IMG/VR virus record: IMGVR_UViG_3300025645_000055 | Span: 1-64,000 of that record | DNA: 64,000 nucleotides | Direction: 5' to 3' (one strand) | DNA from: a virus | In this document: piece by piece, positions 54,787 to 64,000 of the stretch | How the letters are laid out: every line of letters begins with the position of its first letter | How positions within the stretch are numbered: the stretch's first letter is position 1 | Position numbers and translations under genes: made by a program | The notes under the pieces: model-generated | Seen by the model: only the letters and a program-made list of their open reading frames with translations | Told to the model about the DNA's origin: nothing | The model's database searches: none

Positions 54787-55269
54787 ATGGGAATTAGTGT
54801 ATGTCCTAGGATTATCCTAGGTGTTAATATGAGTTACTTAATCAGAACAAGGATTGAGAAAGAAGAGTTTGAAATCCACGATGAGCGAGGACAAAAAACT
54901 GGTAATATTGGTGTAGATAAAAAAACCTTCTACGATATTGATTATAAAGGTGGAACTTTAACCACTGGTGATGCTACTGGTGAAGGTCTATATACTGATG
55001 AAATCTGTGATTTAATTAATGTACCAGAAGAACCAAATGAAAACAAATTAGGTGTCTTCCAAACTGATTACGAAGAAGAAAATACACCAGATAATTTAAT
55101 ATTAGGTGTTAAATTAATAGAAGGAGACGATGCCATGTATGGTAGCACTACTGATATTCTAAATACTGATAAATTAGCTAGGGACATTGAACAGTTAAAG
55201 AAAACACTTAAAGATGACTTTAATTGTGATATCATACCTTCATTATATCTTAATACAAATGTTGGATAA
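54787..55269 (+). CDS. hypothetical protein
   Basis: ORF track. Confidence 0.7.
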   Translation: MGISVCPRIILGVNMSYLIRTRIEKEEFEIHDERGQKTGNIGVDKKTFYDIDYKGGTLTTGDATGEGLYTDEICDLINVPEEPNENKLGVFQTDYEEENTPDNLILGVKLIEGDDAMYGSTTDILNTDKLARDIEQLKKTLKDDFNCDIIPSLYLNTNVG

Positions 55270-56468
55270 TGGAAACATTAAAATTTCATAACCCACAACT
55301 AAGTAACTTCTTAATTGAAGCGAAAGAAAATGAGTACCCAATGTCTAAAACGGATATTGGGCATAACTCAATAACATTTGTTATGAATGAATACACCCAA
55401 TTCACCTTCACATATTATGATAATAAGGTGGCTAGGGATGAAGACTTTGAACAATTTAAAAATTACTCATTAACATGACACAATTACCAGCTTTAATAGC
55501 AATTGGTACATTACTATATATGACCATTGTAAATAAGGAGATTAAAATACTATATTTAATCTCTGCAATATGTGGTGGAATCGTTGCTATTGGTAGTACC
55601 ATTAAAGTTTTTAGTGGTGGTATGGTTATATTCTACGTTATTGGTAGTATATTCTGGATAATTTTTACATATTTTATATTTAAACAATGGAAGAAATCCG
55701 TTTAAGTGTAACAAAACATAGATAAAGAGTACAATTTTAATAAAAAATATGTTAAAATATTATGGAATTAATAACTTTTTGGTTATAACATAGTTTTAAG
55801 ATATTTATAACAATATAGTATTATGGATATAATGAACATATTAATAGTGATAATCATAATATTGGTGGTTGCGTTAATAGTTATTCCACCAATAGTTAAG
55901 AATAACATAACCTTAAATACAACACTTAGCTTATCGTTGGTTGTTGCTTGTGGGTCGTTATCGGTTCTATTAGCAACTAGGGGTAATTGGTTTGGTTGTG
56001 CATTATGGGCTGTTTATTCGGTCTTATTTGTTACCAGAATGGTTAATCATAGGTCATGTAGATTAAAAACTAAAGATATTGAAAAACGATTAGAGAAACT
56101 AATTGAAAAAGAGAATCTAGATAAAAAATAACATATTATGTATAGTCTTATTTTATTCATCACCATCACGGTGATTGAAACAATTTTTGTTTTATGGAAA
56201 TGGTCCGACATTAGAGACTACCAAAACATCGCAACAGATGTTGCCTCGGTTACCAACTTAGATAAACAAACTAAGTATAAGAAGATAACTAAAATCTTCG
56301 GTAACCTATTAAACAACTTCAGAAAATTTCTTATTATACCAATAATTTTAATCCTATTGGTTAACTTTATTGCCTCAACAATCGTTGGGTCATTGATTCA
56401 TTTGGTGGTTTATTTAATTTCTTTGATTTAAATTAGGTAGTGTCATTTATTTTTTATATCTTTGTAAT

Positions 56469-57227
56469 ATGAAAAACATAACTAGAAATACAATTAAGGT
56501 AAACGTTCCACTTCCAAGGAAAGATTTTTTAAAGTGGGAAGATGAACAACAAACCCTTAGTGTTCAAACTGAATTTAATGGTGACACTAATAACTTCACA
56601 TTTAGATTAACAATACCTAAATTCGTTTACGATAAGGTTAAGGACACAGATTCTGGTTACTACACAAACCCACTAAAGGTTGAAGCTTGGGAAACCAAAG
56701 AAAAGAAATTTACAAAAACAATGTCATATAGTCAATTGGGTTATTTACTAACACAACTAACAGACTTATGTGTCTATGCTATGTCATTAGCAGAGAGAGA
56801 AGAAGCTAAGACTGAAAAGTATATTGCTATTAACTTCGTTCATGGTAATCTACAAAGAAAGGATGATTTTAACTTTGCATCGATGGGAAAACAAACCCAA
56901 AACAGTTTTCAATTCTTTACAGTATATAAGATAATTAAATCCCCACATTCACTTGATAGATACAATTACAAATCTGATGTTAGAATCGGAAGTAAGATGG
57001 AAACCAATAAAAATGCTAATAATAAGAAATGGCATTACTATGGTGTGGGTACAGTTGAACGATTTAAACTAGTTAGATGGACTCAAGAAAGAGAAGACTT
57101 CTTAACTAAGGTTCAAACTAAGTTTGTAGATATGAATGATTCACTAGATGTGTTTCTTGGTAATATCACAGATGATAAAATAGAAGAACTAATGACTAAT
57201 AGTCCAAAATTTTTACTAGAAAACTAA
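56469..57227 (+). CDS. hypothetical protein
   Basis: 252-aa ORF behind a TATCTTTG promoter. Confidence 0.75.
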   Translation: MKNITRNTIKVNVPLPRKDFLKWEDEQQTLSVQTEFNGDTNNFTFRLTIPKFVYDKVKDTDSGYYTNPLKVEAWETKEKKFTKTMSYSQLGYLLTQLTDLCVYAMSLAEREEAKTEKYIAINFVHGNLQRKDDFNFASMGKQTQNSFQFFTVYKIIKSPHSLDRYNYKSDVRIGSKMETNKNANNKKWHYYGVGTVERFKLVRWTQEREDFLTKVQTKFVDMNDSLDVFLGNITDDKIEELMTNSPKFLLEN

Positions 57228-57535
57228 TGGAAAAAACGACAACACAAAGAGGTTTTGATATCACAAATTTCAAAGACCTATACGACAATGACTGTTCACT
57301 ACAAGAGTCTAGCCTAGCAACACAAGCTGCTATTTGGTTAGGTATCAGTCGTCCAACCCCAAAGATTATGGCCTCACAAGCTAAACAATTTGGTGTTGAA
57401 ACAGATGAAACAACTGGTTGGGTAGAATATCCAATTCCAGAAGAGGTTTTAATATCCACTAGGATGCATTTATCTGTTGACCTGGCTAAAGAACTTATAA
57501 CAGAATTAGAAACCTTTGTAAAAGAAAACGAATAA
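57227..57535 (+). CDS. hypothetical phage protein
   Basis: T.RGF...F.D.Y...CSLQESSLA...IWLG...TRMHL. Confidence 0.75.
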   Translation: MEKTTTQRGFDITNFKDLYDNDCSLQESSLATQAAIWLGISRPTPKIMASQAKQFGVETDETTGWVEYPIPEEVLISTRMHLSVDLAKELITELETFVKENE

Positions 57536-58546
57536 TGACAGAAGAAGATATTAAATTACAATACGAAGACTTTAAGTTGAATAATAAACTTACCTATGAG
57601 ACATTGGGGAAGCTATTATTTGATGCTAAGGTTGTTAGAATAGACAATGACTATGTTGAAAGTTATAACTATGCTGGTAAACACCCAACGGTAGATAACT
57701 ACTCTATGTTGGTAAAAACTAATGATGTTGAACGAATTCAAGTGGTTTATAAGTCATTTAAAGGTGAGTACTATGTATGTACTGAACCACTACATGATTT
57801 GTTCATTGATAAGATAATCATTGAAAATAGAATAGCCAAAGCTGAGCACATACATAATGGGGTTAAAGAAAAGTTGGTACAATATATAGAAAACCAATAA
57901 AAAACTTGTGAGTAACAATTAAAAGAACTATATTTGCTAAACAATAACGAACTTTAATATAATAATTATGAATGAAATAGGTGGTAGTATAATTTTTTTT
58001 CTTGGGGCATTCGGTCTCATGTGGGTAATCAGTGCTGGTCTTAGAAGCACATATCAAATTACAGATTACAATGCAAAAACACAAATAGAACGAGTTGTGG
58101 GTACTAAAGAGTATAAAATACTTGATAGAAGTAACAATTCAATATGGGTTGGGTCACCTGGTGATGTAACTTACAATCTTGAACTACCAAGTGGTGAAGT
58201 AGTATCTTGTCGATGTACAGATAGTTTCTTCCAACCATTAATTTGTAGAAAATATCAATAATTATGGGAAAATATGTAAATGTAATTGGTGGAGAAGTAA
58301 TTGGTGCATCCTTTAGAGATAAAGTACAAGCATTAATTGGGGGTGGTGCAAAAGAAACCACGGGTGATAAATTTGAAGAAAACTTGGTTTGTGTCGTAGA
58401 TAATGGATTCTTCGCTGCAGCAGGTTATGCTTATAACGAATCAGAGTATGAAGAATTTAGTGACCCAGATGACCCAAGACCAAAAAGATGGTTCACACTT
58501 GATGATGTTGAAAACATAGCCAAATAATAACATAAAAAAATAAAAC

Positions 58547-59635
58547 ATGAGTCATTTTGCAGTATTAGTAATAGGAGAAAATATTGAGGGTCAATTAGCA
58601 CCATACCAAGAGAGTATGGATGATAACTCCAATGAAGAATATTTTGAATTTCATGACCTTACACCAGAGTATAAAGAAGATTATGAAACTGGAACATCTA
58701 GTGAGTTTTATTGTTCTAGTAATTCTTCTTGGGGTCAAGAAATTACCGAAGACTTATTTAAAACACTTGAAGATGCCGTAGTTGGTAGACGAATAATCCA
58801 TACGGTTGAAAAATCAATGGGTTTAGGTAGTTACTATAAACTTAATGGAAACTACAGAGGTTATTACCCATTACCCGAAAACAAAAGATGTGAGGGTGAT
58901 GTATGGTTTAAGGTAACCAAAATCATAGAATCTACACACCCAACTGAAGGTGTGTGTTTTGATGGTGTAATTCAAGTTCAAAAGATTGACCCACCAAAAG
59001 AACTTCCCAATAAAGATGCATATACAACATTTGAAGAGTTTTGTCTTGACTACTGTGGTAGTGAACCAGAAGAAGATGGTAGATATGGTTATATGACAAA
59101 CCCAAATGCTAAATGGGATTGGTTTCAAATTGGTGGTAGATACAGAGATAGACTTAAAATGAAACAACCAGAGTTAGCCTTGAAAGGTGGGGGTATGGAG
59201 GCATTCCCGACACTTTATCGTGAATCAACAGATGGTTATGGGGATGTGGGTTTAAAATCCGACATTGATTTCGATGCAATGCATGGTAACCAAAAAGACT
59301 ATGATGAAGCAATTCGTTTCTGGGAAATGAAAATAGATGGTTCTGAACCAACTACACCAGAAGAAGAAGAACAAATGAAATTTTCTTACTATAAAGATGC
59401 TTACTACACTGATAGATACAAAACCAAAGAGGTTTACGCTAAGTGTATGGCTAATTTCACGATGTGGGCTATTTTAAAAGATGGTAAATGGTATGAGAAA
59501 GGTGAGATGGGTATGTTTGGTATGTCTGGTGAGTCTGGTGATGAAGCATTAGAATGGGAACTTAACTTCTATGATACATTCATAGCACCATTAGACGATA
59601 ATACATTAATAACAGTTGTAGACTGTCACATATAA
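58547..59635 (+). CDS. hypothetical phage protein
   Basis: MSHFAVLVIG...NPNAKWDW.QIGGR...GKW.EKGEMG.FG...VVDCHI. Confidence 0.8.
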   Translation: MSHFAVLVIGENIEGQLAPYQESMDDNSNEEYFEFHDLTPEYKEDYETGTSSEFYCSSNSSWGQEITEDLFKTLEDAVVGRRIIHTVEKSMGLGSYYKLNGNYRGYYPLPENKRCEGDVWFKVTKIIESTHPTEGVCFDGVIQVQKIDPPKELPNKDAYTTFEEFCLDYCGSEPEEDGRYGYMTNPNAKWDWFQIGGRYRDRLKMKQPELALKGGGMEAFPTLYRESTDGYGDVGLKSDIDFDAMHGNQKDYDEAIRFWEMKIDGSEPTTPEEEEQMKFSYYKDAYYTDRYKTKEVYAKCMANFTMWAILKDGKWYEKGEMGMFGMSGESGDEALEWELNFYDTFIAPLDDNTLITVVDCHI

Positions 59636-60106
59636 ATGGATATACCCAAAGTAAATCAAAGAATAAGAAATGTTGAGGAAGAAATAGAAAATCAATATGT
59701 GTATGATATATACAGAACTGAAATCTATGAAACCTTTAGCGATAAAGCCCATACTAATGGGTGGAAACTATCCTTACAAGGTCATACAACCAAAGATGGT
59801 CTATTCCTATATCATAGGCTTATAGACTTCTTAGATGAGACCCAAACGGCTTATAAATTAGCAACAGTTAGAAGGTATAATCATACGAAGGACTTTAAAC
59901 CAACGGAACAATCCAAAAAGGGTATGACCATCTATATCAGAAATGATTGGGATACAATGCTCTTCGCAGAAGAGATATACAAACGAATTAAAGACTATAA
60001 AGGTTGGCAAGATATTCCAACCCCAACGTCTTATGAGCACTACGCAGGTGCTGTCTATATTAGAAATGATAGAGACGAAAATGGCGAATATATAAGAGCA
60101 AATTAA
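59636..60106 (+). CDS. hypothetical protein
   Basis: GWKL...Q..KG.TIY motif. Confidence 0.7.
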   Translation: MDIPKVNQRIRNVEEEIENQYVYDIYRTEIYETFSDKAHTNGWKLSLQGHTTKDGLFLYHRLIDFLDETQTAYKLATVRRYNHTKDFKPTEQSKKGMTIYIRNDWDTMLFAEEIYKRIKDYKGWQDIPTPTSYEHYAGAVYIRNDRDENGEYIRAN

Positions 60107-60125
60107 TAATAAAAAACAAGAAATT

Positions 60126-60527
60126 ATGAGTGGAACAAAAATTACGGTAATAGCAGTAATAGGGGTGGTTGGAATAATTCTATCACTAATGTTTGGGATT
60201 CCCAAATATAATGTATGGCAATCTAAAATAGCAATTGAAACTGCCCAAAACAATGGTAAGGCTCAAATGGCTCAAGCCGAAGAAAACCGTAAGATTGCAG
60301 TGTTAGAAGCACAAGCAAACCTGGAAGTGGAAACACTTAATGGTCAAGCCGAAGTTGAAAGAGCAACCTATATGGCACAAGCTATTGAAATAGAGAATGG
60401 TAAACTTACCACTAAATATATTCAATATCTATGGGTTAGAAATATCGATAAAATGGATGGTGATGTAATCTATATCCCAACCGAAGCTAATCTTCCAATA
60501 TTGGAAGCAACAAAGAAAAACCAATAG
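60126..60527 (+). CDS. membrane-anchored coiled-coil protein (band-7/SPFH-like tail)
   Basis: TM helix, P.YNVW, AEVERA, YIQYLW, IYIPTEANLPILEA. Confidence 0.65.
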   Translation: MSGTKITVIAVIGVVGIILSLMFGIPKYNVWQSKIAIETAQNNGKAQMAQAEENRKIAVLEAQANLEVETLNGQAEVERATYMAQAIEIENGKLTTKYIQYLWVRNIDKMDGDVIYIPTEANLPILEATKKNQ

Positions 60528-60935
60528 TCATGAGAGGTATATTAGGACTAGTATTAATGGTAGTGGGGTTGATTGGGGCTGGATACATCGCAATTTGGTG
60601 GGGTATCGTACAACCAATAATGACAATAGCAGAAGCTATTGATACAGACACAGTTTCGGCAACGTTGATTGGAAAAGAAGTGATTAAGTTCTTCTTAAAA
60701 GAGGTGGTAGCTGGAATATGGTTTTATGTATTTGTTATCTGGGGATATACAAGATTATTAAAATAATGAAGTATTTACCATTTTTAATACCATCAATACT
60801 ACTTGCTCTAGGGACTGTGTGGTTAGCCTATAATGGGATAAATGGATGGGGTTGGTTACTATTTGGAGCAATAATACTGTTCCCAACAATTAAAAGTGAT
60901 TCAGATGATGAATAATATATAAAAAAAAAACAATT

Positions 60936-61856
60936 ATGGATACAACAATAACAGAAAGAGAAATTATCATAAACGAAGATTTAGAGTTTGGTGATATTAG
61001 TACGTGGGGAGACCCAATAGAAAATTTAGTTAAGACTTTTAGAGGGTCTAACATCGTTAGAACGGTAGTAAGTGGTAAATATACCCACTATACCTTTATT
61101 GAGTACCTAAAGATGGCTTATGATAACCATAAGGGTTTGATTATTAAGCCAGATTTCATTTGGCATACGGTTCTTTATGAATTGTCTCAACTAATCATTG
61201 CAGACCCAGAAAAATATCGTGATTTCTTTACAACCACAGAGGGTAAACAAAAAATTACTGTACCAACTAATGACCCACAATTAATTGATTTACAACTAAT
61301 CATAGATATTCTACACGAACTAGTGCCAACAGACACACGTGATTATTTATTAGATTTTTCAACAACAGATGAATTATCTAAGATGGCGATTAATGCAGCT
61401 TTTTGTGAAGCAGTATCACCGTTTTATGATTATGGTATGTTCATGTGTGGTATCCCCAAGATGAAGATACTTGGTACTGAAGAAGATTGGGACAAGATAA
61501 AAACTTCATGTGAAAACCTAAAAGAAACATTCAGTGACCATACATCATATTTTGATGGTGTAATTAATTTGGTTGATAAGTTTAATGATGGTACAGATAT
61601 AGAATATTTGGGTCAAATATTTAATAGCCAACGAGAAGGTTCTGGAAGTAAATTACACATTGATGGTTGGGTTAAAGATTTGTTCGCAGATAAAACCCAC
61701 ACCAAGTATAAAGAAATGCCAAGGCAATTGTCTAGTGTTAAGTATGAATTTCTTAATACTGGTCAAAACTTTAAACTACATTGTGGTCTGTTTTCTTCTA
61801 ACTTAGAAGATGACTATTTAGTACCAGAATACGGATATCTAATAGAAGAATTATAA
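60936..61856 (+). CDS. DUF4419-like protein
   Basis: AY..H..L.I.PD.IW...FSTT...CGIP...ILGT.EDW...IDGW. Confidence 0.75.
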   Translation: MDTTITEREIIINEDLEFGDISTWGDPIENLVKTFRGSNIVRTVVSGKYTHYTFIEYLKMAYDNHKGLIIKPDFIWHTVLYELSQLIIADPEKYRDFFTTTEGKQKITVPTNDPQLIDLQLIIDILHELVPTDTRDYLLDFSTTDELSKMAINAAFCEAVSPFYDYGMFMCGIPKMKILGTEEDWDKIKTSCENLKETFSDHTSYFDGVINLVDKFNDGTDIEYLGQIFNSQREGSGSKLHIDGWVKDLFADKTHTKYKEMPRQLSSVKYEFLNTGQNFKLHCGLFSSNLEDDYLVPEYGYLIEEL

Positions 61857-62767
61857 TAATTTAAAAAACATTTAATTATGAAAACACAAGAGGAAAAAGA
61901 TTTAATGATTCAAAGACTAAGTGATGAACGAGATTCAACACCAGAGTATAGTTTTTTCAATGAGAATAATTGGATAAAACTTGATGCCAAGATTGATATA
62001 ATTAGTGGTGATATGTCCTTAGAGGATTTTGATGAGGGTGATTGGGAAGAAATGGATGATGTTAACATGGCGTTTCGAGCAGCAGAAGAAGCTGAAGATT
62101 GGTTAAATGGGGACTTAGATGATGAAGACCTATAGTCATGGGTTTTTTCACTAAGAGAAGTAAAGAGAAAATATGCAGTGAAACCAAGAAACACCGATAT
62201 AATTCGGAAGCACAAGCTGTAAGGGCTATCAATAATTATGACAAACTAAAAAGGTCATACTATTGTGAACATTGTGATGGATTCCATAACACCAGTGCAT
62301 CGATAACAGATGTACTTGAACATGGTCAATTATCACTTGAAGAAGAAAATAGACTATTAAAAATTAAGGTTAATGAAATCGTTAAACGTAATGATATGTT
62401 AATCGAGAAAAGTCGTAATCAAAAACATGCATTGGCAACTGCCAATCTTAAGATTAAATCAATGAATGCTGGGTTTAAACCTGGTGATAAGTGTTAAAAT
62501 AAACAATATGAAAGGATTATTTAACGTAGACGATTATAATGACTGGTTTAATGACAAAGGTAAAAAAACCGAATCATACGCAAACCCAGGTATCTTCCTA
62601 AGATTAGATAAGTTATCTGATGACCTAATATTTGATTACTTTAGAGAATGTAGGGTTGATGATGTTGAGAACCTAATGTATGGTCAATATAAAGAAGAAT
62701 TTAATAAATTCCGAACTGACATAAGAGCAGATTGGAGAGATAAACTAGATAAAAAAGAATAGAAATT

Positions 62768-63124
62768 ATGAGTGGAACAAAAATTACAGTAAAGAAAAAA
62801 GACCTTATCACTAAGATTAAGGAGAACAAAGCATTACATGTTGAAGAATTCAATCAAGCAGTTGTTGATTATAAAGTAGAAGCATTAAGACAACTTAATG
62901 AACAAATCAGTGAGGTTGCAAATGGTGGGCTTGAGGCAAAATTAGACTTGGTAACACCAATTGATAACTCTTCAGAGTATGATGACCTTATCGATATGTT
63001 TGGTTGGACAACCAAAAAAGAGATTGAGTTAGAAAAGCATGAGTATAATCAATATATTAAGGATGATACCCAATCATCTATTCATGCTAAATTTCAAAAC
63101 ACCTTTTATTCTTCAACACACTAA
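62768..63124 (+). CDS. hypothetical phage protein
   Basis: ORF track. Confidence 0.7.
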   Translation: MSGTKITVKKKDLITKIKENKALHVEEFNQAVVDYKVEALRQLNEQISEVANGGLEAKLDLVTPIDNSSEYDDLIDMFGWTTKKEIELEKHEYNQYIKDDTQSSIHAKFQNTFYSSTH

Positions 63125-63437
63125 GACATGGAAAAGTTTTTAGAAATTAAAGAAGCAACCACCAAACTCCTTACTACTAAGTTAAAGGAACTGATGGTTC
63201 AAGATATTAAATACCTAATGGTTGGTAAGTTAACCAGTGTTAAGGTAATAGGTGTAAGCCTAGGTGATGTTGTTACCCACTTAGAAGAACTGGGTTTTAC
63301 AGAGTCTAGAGACCTTGAATCAAATGGTTGGCAAATGGACTTCTGGATGCAATTCACCAATGGTGATGTAACATATGACCTGGGTGGTAGTGGTTACTAC
63401 GGTAACGCTATATCAATCGAACTTAATACTGATAAAG

Positions 63438-63782
63438 ATGAGTGAGACCGTACATTATAGGGGAACACTAACTAAGGTTGATACCAAAGGTAAGACCGTT
63501 AACGAGTACGCTACAGAGTTTATAGACTCAAAAGGTATTGGTGTGGATGATTATTATGATAGTCCAGTAGAACATCTGGTAGACGATTTCTATGAAATAT
63601 TCTATTATCATAAACCATCAAAGACCTTGTATCTGATTAAAAGACAAAGGGTTGAAATTGATGAAGACATCATCAAAGCTGAACGATTAGATAGTGGTGT
63701 CATTGAATTTGAACTAAAGTATTATAACGGTGGAGCTGGGTTTGAAGAATGCCTAGATGAAGCAATAGAAAATATGCAATAA
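63438..63782 (+). CDS. hypothetical phage protein
   Basis: MSETVHYRG...YYNGG..F.E. Confidence 0.7.
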   Translation: MSETVHYRGTLTKVDTKGKTVNEYATEFIDSKGIGVDDYYDSPVEHLVDDFYEIFYYHKPSKTLYLIKRQRVEIDEDIIKAERLDSGVIEFELKYYNGGAGFEECLDEAIENMQ

Positions 63783-64000
63783 TGGATAAAGAGAAACTAT
63801 TTCAAGACGTTAAATTCCCATTACATTGGGGTTGTGAAGAATATAAAATGTATATATTTGATGCCGATGATGAAATGGTTGCAATGACCTATTATGATGT
63901 ATTAGATGCAACAGCTACGTATCACCCATTTGAGAAATTGATTGGTGAATACAAGGATGTGGAAGAACCACCAAATGCCAAATATGCACATACCAAAGGG
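63782..64000 (+). CDS. hypothetical protein, truncated by the window end
   Basis: ATG overlapping the previous stop, open to the end of the window. Confidence 0.55.
   Translation, partial: MDKEKLFQDVKFPLHWGCEEYKMYIFDADDEMVAMTYYDVLDATATYHPFEKLIGEYKDVEEPPNAKYAHTKG

Noticed and set aside
1-64000. Bacterial chromosome origin
   Set aside because: Dense small hypothetical ORFs, single-strand coding, divergent CCA-less tRNA arrays, A1-like and homing nuclease genes, and no housekeeping operons point to a phage, although no capsid or terminase gene is in the window to prove it

Overview
AT-rich, gene-dense, almost entirely plus-strand segment that reads as part of a large (jumbo, T4/T5-related) lytic phage of Bacteroidetes, probably Flavobacteriaceae. 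Supporting evidence: many TAnnTTTG (-7) promoters with an upstream TTG, a T9SS-sorted cargo gene, and a Bacteroidetes-type short primary sigma factor. No structural or replication genes are in this window. Contents: (i) two tRNA clusters (52-2807 and about 18.7-23.8 kb) with about 27 recognisable tRNAs grouped by amino acid and many atypical tRNA-like RNAs; (ii) a ~1 kb ORF-free, hairpin-rich RNA (GOLLD-like candidate) behind tandem promoters and a boxA-like site; (iii) a minimal ~196-nt RNase P RNA; (iv) RNA repair and turnover genes (Tpt1, Thg1, HAD, metallophosphoesterase, RNase R); (v) NAD/ADP-ribose and anti-defence genes (NMNAT-Nudix plus NAMPT, Sir2, macrodomain, NADAR, Acb1-like 2H enzyme, two C5 methyltransferases); (vi) an OmpA-fused ABC transporter operon; (vii) MscL, PrsW, YqeY, two sigma factors, a T5 A1-like nuclease and a lysozyme. 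The best novelty candidates lie at 4.7-8.5 kb. First, an array of five covarying RNA modules (AACCAU-stem-UACU...stem-GAUU), one circularly permuted and inserted into the anticodon arm of a tRNA-Lys, sits directly upstream of a large helical/TerD-domain protein (possible Ro/Y-RNA-like RNP). Second, an amber (CUA) suppressor-like tRNA sits directly upstream of an HD-PTH2 fusion gene whose likely start is interrupted by an in-frame UAG. All calls were made by eye from motifs and base pairing; no database searches were run.
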